Shown here: positions 57,215 to 64,000 of the stretch, in pieces
Layout of the letters: each line of letters begins with the position of its first letter
Position numbering within the stretch: position 1 is the stretch's first letter
Notes under the pieces: generated by a model
What the model was told of the DNA's origin: nothing
Database searches by the model: none
Seen by the model: only the letters and a program-made list of their open reading frames with translations
Origin: a candidate division WOR-3 bacterium
GTDB taxonomy: Bacteria; SDB-A
NCBI GenBank assembly: GCA_016934535.1
Contig: JAFGSQ010000016.1
Location: 1 to 64,000 of the forward strand
Length of the DNA: 64,000 nucleotides
Direction: 5' to 3'
Position numbers and translations under genes: made by a program

Positions 57215-57825
57215 TCACTCTTCCGAAGCATTTAAACGATATTATAGATATATTAGCATCTTTTCCTGGACTGGGCCGAAAAAGCTCACGCCGCATTCTT
57301 TTTCACGTTCTCGCCGAAGGTCCGCATGTTGCGGCACGCCTGGCTGACTCCCTGAAGGAAATGCACGAAAAGACATATTTTTGCCGAAATTGCGGATGTA
57401 TTTCGGATTCCGAAAAGTGCTCTGTTTGCAGCGACGCATCGAGGAATAAATCGATACTGTGCGTCGTGGAAAACTTCATCGATCAGATAGTTCTTGAAAG
57501 CACGAATTTCTACGACGGACAATACCATGTTCTAGGAGGAGTTCTTTCTCCTCTTGACGGAATGGGTCCTGAAAAACTCAGCATTGATAAACTTGTCGCC
57601 AGAATCGGCGGCAATGAAATACGAGAGGTAATAATTGCCACAAATCCCACTCCGGAAGGCAACGCCACTGCTCTGTACATCGCTGAACTGATTTCGGATT
57701 TTAACGTCAAAATAACAAGACTTGGAAGGGGCATCCCTGTGGGCGGAGACATCGATCTTCTCGATTTGGAAACCATCAGACTTTCGCTTGAAGGCAGAAT
57801 TGAAATCAAAAAACAGGTTGACTAA
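57211..57825 (+). CDS. recR: Recombination mediator RecR
   Basis: PGLGRKS HhH, C4 zinc finger, YHVLGG, ATNPTPEG.ATA Toprim. Confidence 0.96.
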   Translation: MITLPKHLNDIIDILASFPGLGRKSSRRILFHVLAEGPHVAARLADSLKEMHEKTYFCRNCGCISDSEKCSVCSDASRNKSILCVVENFIDQIVLESTNFYDGQYHVLGGVLSPLDGMGPEKLSIDKLVARIGGNEIREVIIATNPTPEGNATALYIAELISDFNVKITRLGRGIPVGGDIDLLDLETIRLSLEGRIEIKKQVD

Positions 57826-57876
57826 TAGTGCTATTTCATATAACAAATACTCGTATTCCATGCAAACGGCAGTTTT

Positions 57877-58371
57877 ATGTCTTATGAACATATAGATATA
57901 CTTGAAGAAGACTTTTGGGTCTTGAAAAACATTACTTCGACGTTACAGAAGACAATTGACGCCAGAGTGGTTGTTCTGATTGACCGTTCCGGCCAGCCCA
58001 TTGTGTCGTGCGGTGAAACCGAGGACATTGACATCCTCGCCTTTTCTTCGCTGGTCGCCGCAGATTACGCCGCTACAAGCCACCTCGCGGGACTTATTGG
58101 AGAGAACGCTTTCGCCACTCTTCACCACCAGGGCATTGAAAACAACATTTTCATTCAGATAATAGAAAATAAATTCATCCTGGCGATAATATTCAAATCT
58201 CACACTCCGTTGGGCAGAGTAAAGGTCGAAGCTCTTAGGACAAAGGAAAATCTTACCGATATTTTCCAAAAAATTACGAAAAAGATTGAAGAAGACAAGA
58301 CCGCGGCTTTTCCGACTGAAGACGTCGAAATAGACAATTTCCTCGAAGACTTTTTTGAAGATTTACATTAG
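57877..58371 (+). CDS. mglB: Roadblock/LC7 protein MglB (GAP of MglA)
   Basis: 'LIDRSGQ', 'L.AA..AAT..LA.LIGE..F..L.HQG', 'LG.V'; directly upstream of mglA. Confidence 0.9.
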   Translation: MSYEHIDILEEDFWVLKNITSTLQKTIDARVVVLIDRSGQPIVSCGETEDIDILAFSSLVAADYAATSHLAGLIGENAFATLHHQGIENNIFIQIIENKFILAIIFKSHTPLGRVKVEALRTKENLTDIFQKITKKIEEDKTAAFPTEDVEIDNFLEDFFEDLH

Positions 58372-58379
58372 GAGCATAT

Positions 58380-58961
58380 TTGTCAGTTATTAACTACGCG
58401 TCAAGAGAGATAAACTGCAAGATAGTTTATTACGGACCAGGCCTCGGTGGCAAAACGACAAACCTGAAGAAGATATACGAAAAAGTGAATCCAAGCCACA
58501 GAGGAGAGTTGATATCTTTGGCCACAGACATGGACAGGACGTTATTTTTCGATTTTGTGCCGGTTGATCTCGGTAACATCAGGGGATTCAAAACCCGTTT
58601 TCACCTCTACACTGTTCCCGGACAAGTCTATTATAACGCTTCAAGAAAACTTATTTTGCGCGGCGTTGACGGTGTTATTTTTGTCGCAGATTCCCAGATA
58701 GAAAGACTCGAGGACAACATTGAGAGCATCAGAAATTTGATTGAAAACCTGAAAGAATACAACCTAAAACTCGGTGAAACCCCTTTTGTCATTCAATACA
58801 ACAAACGCGATTTGCCGAACATAGCGCCATTGAATCAACTTGAAAAACTCTTAAATCCGTTGAAAGTTCCTTCTTTTGAAGCTGTCGCCAGCGAAGGTGT
58901 AGGAGTTTTCTCCACTTTGAAAGAAATTTCAAAGCTCGTTCTCAAAAGACTCTCCCAATAA
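58380..58961 (+). CDS. mglA: Small Ras-like GTPase MglA
   Basis: [41 protein letters not shown] start after GGAG. Confidence 0.96.
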   Translation: MSVINYASREINCKIVYYGPGLGGKTTNLKKIYEKVNPSHRGELISLATDMDRTLFFDFVPVDLGNIRGFKTRFHLYTVPGQVYYNASRKLILRGVDGVIFVADSQIERLEDNIESIRNLIENLKEYNLKLGETPFVIQYNKRDLPNIAPLNQLEKLLNPLKVPSFEAVASEGVGVFSTLKEISKLVLKRLSQ

Positions 58962-60061
58962 TGGCTGAAACAGAAATCGGAAAATCATTCTTTGACGCCC
59001 TCAGGGGCATGAAGATAGCTTTTAAAACTCAAAAACACATTCATTTGCACATTTTCATTTTTTTCCTGGCTCTTTACTCGATAGTTTTCGGCGGGGCAGG
59101 TCTGAAAAATTCATTGGCACTGCTCGCGGTAGCTACAATGGTGATAACGGCAGAACTGATTAATTCTTCAATTGAGATTCTCTGCGATTTCATATCTCCC
59201 GGTCAAAACGAATTTATAAAAAATGCCAAAGATTTATCAGCGGGAGCGGTTCTTTGCGCGACATTTTCTTCAATAGTTTTTTCGTACATGATTTTAGCCG
59301 ACTCAGTAATGGTTTCAATCTCCCGCTTTTCTGATTACATTGTGAAAACCCCACTTTTTTTTCTGGTTATGTCAGTTTTCCTTTTTTCAATTATCGTCTC
59401 GATTTATTACAAAAGATACTACGGAAAATTTTCATTTCCCCTGGAAAAAACCACTTTCGGGTTAGCTCTGCTGATTGCTTTTCTTTCTCTTTACAGCATT
59501 TCCGTGACTTTCATCTTTTTCCTTCTCATCGGCGGCATAATTCTCATAGAAGCTCTTCTGAGAAACCATCCCTGCGACAAAGTATATTTCACGGGAATTC
59601 TTGCAATCATCACAGCCTTTTTCTGCTATCGAATTTCATCCCAGATTAACCTTTATATATCGAATGAGTGCGCACTTGCATTTATAATAGGACTGTCGCC
59701 GTCTTTGGGATCATGTTACTTAGCTTCTCTCGGCTCTTCATTAACGTGTTCTGAAGTTTCAATCCTCGGTGAGTTTTTGTGTCTTGTTTTTTTTGTATTT
59801 TGGGGCGTCAGATTCAAAAATTCATTCGGAAAAAATCTGACTAATCATAAATCTTCACCTTTGAGCAGGTTTTATCTTCTTGGCCTTTTCGTCGTGTCAG
59901 CCTCTCCCCTCCCCTTTTCTTCAGCCGTTGTTTCTGCATCTTATGCCGTCGCTTTTTCATGCCCAAAAAAATATTCTATTCCCGTATCTTCAGCCGGATT
60001 TTGCCTGAAGTATTTCCTGGTATTTATCTCTTTTCCACCCTACGGAAGGATAGGAGCGTAA
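58961..60061 (+). CDS. dgkA: Diacylglycerol/undecaprenol kinase (DgkA family) fused to a long C-terminal membrane region
   Basis: ELINSSIE..CD and AKDLSAGAVL in the first about 115 aa; the remaining about 250 aa are hydrophobic. Confidence 0.72.
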   Translation: MAETEIGKSFFDALRGMKIAFKTQKHIHLHIFIFFLALYSIVFGGAGLKNSLALLAVATMVITAELINSSIEILCDFISPGQNEFIKNAKDLSAGAVLCATFSSIVFSYMILADSVMVSISRFSDYIVKTPLFFLVMSVFLFSIIVSIYYKRYYGKFSFPLEKTTFGLALLIAFLSLYSISVTFIFFLLIGGIILIEALLRNHPCDKVYFTGILAIITAFFCYRISSQINLYISNECALAFIIGLSPSLGSCYLASLGSSLTCSEVSILGEFLCLVFFVFWGVRFKNSFGKNLTNHKSSPLSRFYLLGLFVVSASPLPFSSAVVSASYAVAFSCPKKYSIPVSSAGFCLKYFLVFISFPPYGRIGA

Positions 60062-60994
60062 ATGACTTATCTCATCACCGGCGGCGCGGGATTCATAGGA
60101 TCTCACCTCACCGAAAAACTTCTCGATCTCGGCCACGAAGTTATTTGCCTGGACAATCTCTCGACCGGACACAGGATGAACGTGGAAAAATTCAAAAATG
60201 CCCGGTTCAGGTTCATTGAGGCAGATGTGACAACGCCCATAAAATTCGACGGGAAAATCGACGTGTTATTCCATTTCGCCTCTCCGGCCAGTCCACCGGA
60301 TTATTTCAGGCTTCCGGTGGAAACACTTTTAGCCGGATCGCAGGGCACATACAACGCTCTGAACCTTGCTCTGGAAAACGACGCGGTGTTTTTCCTTTCT
60401 TCGACTTCGGAAATTTATGGCGATCCGACAATTTCTCCCCAGAAAGAAGATCTGTGCGGGAACGTAAATCCCATCTGGCCGAGAAGCGTGTATGAAGTTT
60501 CAAAACGCTTTGCAGAATCCATAACCATGACATATCACCGGAAAACCGGCTTAAAAACCCGCATCGTAAGAATATTCAACACATACGGTCCAAACATGAG
60601 AATCGATGACGGAAGATCAATACCTAATTTCATTAAATTCGCCTTGTCGGGAGAAGACATAACTATTTACGGCGACGGCAGACAGACGAGAAGTTTCTGT
60701 TACATAGACGATGTCACACAGGCGTTCATTCTTCTTTCACAGACAGACTACAATTACCCTTTAAACATAGGCAATCCTGAAGAGATATCAATATTGGATC
60801 TGGCGAGAACAATAATTGATATCACCGGATCAAAATCCGATATTTCTTTTCAAAACCCTCTCGATGACGATCCCAAAATAAGAAAACCTGACATTTCGAT
60901 GGCGCAAAAGATACTGGGATGGCAACCAAATGTTTGCCTGAAAGAAGGATTGGAAAAAACAGTGGCCGCTTTTAAAAAAAAGCTCAGAGGATGA
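60062..60994 (+). CDS. UDP-glucuronate decarboxylase-like extended SDR
   Basis: TGGAGFIGS, HFASPASP, STSEIYGDP, YEVSK, RIFNTYGP, QTRSFCY. Confidence 0.87.
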   Translation: MTYLITGGAGFIGSHLTEKLLDLGHEVICLDNLSTGHRMNVEKFKNARFRFIEADVTTPIKFDGKIDVLFHFASPASPPDYFRLPVETLLAGSQGTYNALNLALENDAVFFLSSTSEIYGDPTISPQKEDLCGNVNPIWPRSVYEVSKRFAESITMTYHRKTGLKTRIVRIFNTYGPNMRIDDGRSIPNFIKFALSGEDITIYGDGRQTRSFCYIDDVTQAFILLSQTDYNYPLNIGNPEEISILDLARTIIDITGSKSDISFQNPLDDDPKIRKPDISMAQKILGWQPNVCLKEGLEKTVAAFKKKLRG

Positions 60995-61716
60995 CAGGCA
61001 TCATCCTCGCCGGAGGCATAGGAACAAGGCTTATGCCGCTGACTAAAGTGACAAACAAGCATCTGTTGCCTGTTTTCAAGAAACCCATGATTTTTTATCC
61101 CATAGAAAAAATTGCCGAAACCGGAATTGAAGAACTTATCATCGTAGTCGGCGACAGGTCCTCCGGCGACTTCATAAGACTTCTCGGAAACGGCAGGGAT
61201 TTCGGTTTAAAAAATATTTTTTACATTTATCAGGAAGGAGAAGGCGGCATTGCCCATGCTCTCGGTCTTTGCGAAAATTCGGTCCGGGACGATAAAATAC
61301 TGGTCGTTCTGGGCGACAATTTGTTTTCCCACAACCTGTCCGATCAAACTGAAATATTCTCGCGGCAGTCAAATGGAGCCCGAATACTGCTTAAAAAAGT
61401 CAATGATCCTGAAAGGTTCGGAGTCCCGGAAATTATTGACGGAAAAATAGTGGGAATTACGGAAAAACCGAGTTCCCCCAAATCTTCCTACGCCGTTACA
61501 GGAATTTACATGTACCACAGAGATGTTTTCGACGTCATAAGGCGCTTGAAACCTTCTGAAAGAGGCGAAATAGAGATAACCGAAGTAAACAACTCCTACA
61601 TCGAAAATCATACTTTGTCTTTCGGATTTCTTGAAGGCTGGTGGACTGACGCAGGGACTTTCGATTCGTACTCGCGGGCGTGGGATTTCGTCAGAAAAGG
61701 AATCCTGGAACAGTGA
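60991..61716 (+). CDS. Glucose-1-phosphate thymidylyltransferase-like nucleotidyltransferase (short RmlA/SpsI type)
   Basis: GIILAGG.GTRL.PLT, NKHLLPV, LGDN, EKP, RGE.EIT, WWTDAGT. Confidence 0.9.
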   Translation: MTGIILAGGIGTRLMPLTKVTNKHLLPVFKKPMIFYPIEKIAETGIEELIIVVGDRSSGDFIRLLGNGRDFGLKNIFYIYQEGEGGIAHALGLCENSVRDDKILVVLGDNLFSHNLSDQTEIFSRQSNGARILLKKVNDPERFGVPEIIDGKIVGITEKPSSPKSSYAVTGIYMYHRDVFDVIRRLKPSERGEIEITEVNNSYIENHTLSFGFLEGWWTDAGTFDSYSRAWDFVRKGILEQ

Positions 61717-62552
61717 AAACAATCCTCCTAACAGGAGGCGCGGGAGTAATCGCTTCCGAACTTTCTAAACATCTGAGCGGATACAGAGTTATTTCCCCCG
61801 GTAAAAATGAACTCGACGTCGCCAGGGCGGCTTCTGTCAACAGTTTTTTCAGAAATACACGCGCAGACATGATTGTTCATTCCGCCGCGCTAACAGACGT
61901 TGATTACTGCCAGAACAATCCCCAGGAAGCCATGAGAGTCAACCTCATCGGCACGGAGAATCTCTTTCCTTACGCCGAAAACAAAAGGTTTCTGTTCTTC
62001 AGCACAGACTACGTTTTTGACGGCAAATCGGAAAGACCCTACACGGAGACCGACAAACCCAATCCGATTTCTGTTTACGGCAAATCAAAATATGCCGCCG
62101 AAAAGGCAGTAAATGCGGCCCTGTCGGATTTCGTAATAGTGAGGACTTCCTGGCTTCTCTCCAACTCGGGTGGATTTTTAAAAAAAATATCCAACCTATA
62201 CGCGCAGAAAAACGAGCTGTTCGTTGTCAATGACATTAAAGGGTCTCCCACGGTCATCGACTACCTCTGTCTTGCAACGATCGGGCTCCTCGAAAGTTCA
62301 TTCAGCGGCACAGTAAACGTAGCAAATTCAGGAGAAGCGACGTGGTACGAAGTTGCGAAAGAGTATTTTTCTCTGATCAATGCAGATCCCGGACGAGTCA
62401 AAAAAGCCGTATCTCCGACTTTTTCAGAAAAAGCTCCCAGGCCGAAATATTCAGTTCTCGACTGTTCCCTGCTTTCATCATTGATTGAATGCAAGCCTCC
62501 CGGATGGAAAACTTCACTCAAAAAACACTTGTCGGGAAAAAATGTAAATTAA
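61713..62552 (+). CDS. rfbD: dTDP-4-dehydrorhamnose reductase
   Basis: GTG start overlapping the upstream stop; AA.TDVD, STDYVFDG, YGKSK, RP.YS.LD. Confidence 0.9.
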   Translation: MKTILLTGGAGVIASELSKHLSGYRVISPGKNELDVARAASVNSFFRNTRADMIVHSAALTDVDYCQNNPQEAMRVNLIGTENLFPYAENKRFLFFSTDYVFDGKSERPYTETDKPNPISVYGKSKYAAEKAVNAALSDFVIVRTSWLLSNSGGFLKKISNLYAQKNELFVVNDIKGSPTVIDYLCLATIGLLESSFSGTVNVANSGEATWYEVAKEYFSLINADPGRVKKAVSPTFSEKAPRPKYSVLDCSLLSSLIECKPPGWKTSLKKHLSGKNVN

Positions 62553-64000
62553 ATATTCTCGAGGTCTCTGTAAAGTTTCACAGTGAATCTGGTTCCCGTT
62601 TTATGCTCACTCTCGGCTTTTATAGACCCCTGATGCCTTCCGATTACCTTCTTTGCAAGAGCCAAACCGAGTCCTGCTTTTTTTTCGGGACTTTCGTTCT
62701 GTGAAAAAAAAGGATCAAACACTCTCTCAAGATTTTCTTTACTGATGCCGATTCCGTTGTCTTCAAAAATCATGTAAACGCATTTGTCTTCTGCGTCCGA
62801 TTTCGTTGTAATCTTTATGGTTCCCGTTTCCGTATCAACTGCTTCTATCGAATTGATGAGAATGTTAAGTATAACCTGCCGGATCTGATCTTTATCAGCC
62901 TGAATTTCAGTGTTTTTTTTATCCAGAAAAGTCTCGATTTTTACTTTTTTCTTACCCGCGTAATTGCCCAGGATATTTATGGCATCTTTTATCAAGTCGT
63001 TCAAGTTCACGGAAGAATACATGAGTTTGTTGCTAGCGGAAATAGACCGCAAGTTGGTGACAATTTCCGAAATCTTTCCGACACCTTCAGTGATGCACGA
63101 AAAAGCCTGATCGAATTTCTCTTTTTCGGACACGATGTTCAAGTTGCCTATATAATCTATCGCGATCTGCAAAGCGCTCAACGGGTTAGAGATCTCGTGT
63201 GAAATTATAGAAGCTATCTCGGATACGAGAGTAGTTTTCGCATATTCGACAGTCGGCATTTGATATTGAGGAGGATTTCTTAAAGAGTCCGCAATGCCTT
63301 TGATCAGCCAAGTATTTTCAATAGATATTGACACTCTGTTGGCCAGCAGTCTGAGAATTCTCAAATCTTCATCGGATATTACGAAATCCGGCGGCAGCGC
63401 CATCAGTATCACGCCGTTAATTTCGTTTCTGCTCATCATTGTGAGAACAAACAATTTTTCATTTTTTGTTATTTTATGCATGTAAGCTTGGTTACTGGAT
63501 ATCGCTTCCCTGGCTGTTTCTTCATAACCGGAAGTTTCTTTTTCATCAAAGCCTTCTCCTTTGACCAATACGATGTCATTCTGTTCAGGCGAAGGTTTTA
63601 TGAAAAACAGCAGTTTTTCGACCGGTAATATGTACCTGCAAGTATCCAGAACGCCCTTGAAGGCATTCTCGATTTTAACTTCGCAGGAAAGCGAATCAAA
63701 AAAGTCATTGACGGCGATTATTTTTTTCAAATACGTGTTTTCATTTCTCAAATCCCTCGCCTCAAGTTCTTTTTGAATCACTGAAATAATGTTTTTTGCT
63801 CTGAAAGGTTTCGGAATATATCCGACCGCTCCTTTTTTCATGGCTTCAACGGCTGATTCAATAGTCCCGTAACCGGTCATTACTATTGGGATAATCTTTT
63901 CTCTGACCTGCAGCGCACTTTCAATGAGTTCTATACCGCTCATTTTCGGCATTTTGAGGTCGGTGAGAACGACGTCGAAAGGTCTGTCTTTTATCATCTG
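62549..64000 (-). CDS. Hybrid REC-GAF-histidine kinase, 5' end beyond the window
   Basis: TDLKMP, MTGYG, KPF receiver; SHEISNPL, NILINS, DNGIGI, FDPFF, GLGL; frame open to the window edge. Confidence 0.9.
   Translation of the reverse strand, partial: QMIKDRPFDVVLTDLKMPKMSGIELIESALQVREKIIPIVMTGYGTIESAVEAMKKGAVGYIPKPFRAKNIISVIQKELEARDLRNENTYLKKIIAVNDFFDSLSCEVKIENAFKGVLDTCRYILPVEKLLFFIKPSPEQNDIVLVKGEGFDEKETSGYEETAREAISSNQAYMHKITKNEKLFVLTMMSRNEINGVILMALPPDFVISDEDLRILRLLANRVSISIENTWLIKGIADSLRNPPQYQMPTVEYAKTTLVSEIASIISHEISNPLSALQIAIDYIGNLNIVSEKEKFDQAFSCITEGVGKISEIVTNLRSISASNKLMYSSVNLNDLIKDAINILGNYAGKKKVKIETFLDKKNTEIQADKDQIRQVILNILINSIEAVDTETGTIKITTKSDAEDKCVYMIFEDNGIGISKENLERVFDPFFSQNESPEKKAGLGLALAKKVIGRHQGSIKAESEHKTGTRFTVKLYRDLENI

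Noticed and set aside
1..64000. Stop-codon reassignment or selenocysteine readthrough; apparent abundance of TCGA words
   Set aside because: Conserved genes are full length under the standard code and end at TAA, TAG or TGA. The word bias is only an impression that I could not quantify and may reflect codon usage.

Overview
A 64 kb, densely coded core-chromosome segment from a diderm, probably anaerobic, peptide-fermenting bacterium. A T9SS/FlgD-like sorting tail, long GreA, type-2 IleRS and MglAB suggest an FCB/WOR-3-like candidate lineage; this is inference only. In order it holds: a partial HTH gene plus pilMNOPQ; L,D-transpeptidase-lpoB-COG3014 lipoproteins; an MBL hydrolase; grpE-dnaK-dnaJ-rsmE-wecB; an 11-repeat ankyrin lipoprotein; hisC-ftsK-lolA-ECF sigma/ZAS anti-sigma/Spy-like; pgi and a giant GreA; a pseudo-esterase with a GAF-HD-GYP; a minus-strand run of M14 carboxypeptidase-punA-miaA-GT-ileS-HK-REC/DUF4388-Trx/CcdA; gcvT-gcvH-gcvPA coupled to a 2-oxoacid:ferredoxin oxidoreductase and a phosphate acyltransferase (no gcvPB here); Crp-lipoprotein-DUF1385-prfA-prmC-nadK-recN-DUF355; a PPC-repeat protein, tRNA-Ala(CGC), SRP RNA, dnaX-ybaB-recR-mglB-mglA-dgkA fusion and nucleotide-sugar genes; and a truncated hybrid kinase. 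I saw no integrase, transposase, prophage or CRISPR array. The most notable items are the apparently catalytically dead esterase coupled to a c-di-GMP phosphodiesterase, the gcv-VOR-ptb operon lacking gcvPB, a palindromic 24-bp tandem repeat inside grpE, a Myxococcus-like MglAB/PATAN/type IV pilus set, a Cys-tailed NAD kinase and a DgkA fused to a possible DedA-like domain. All functional calls come from motif recognition by eye; no database searches were run.
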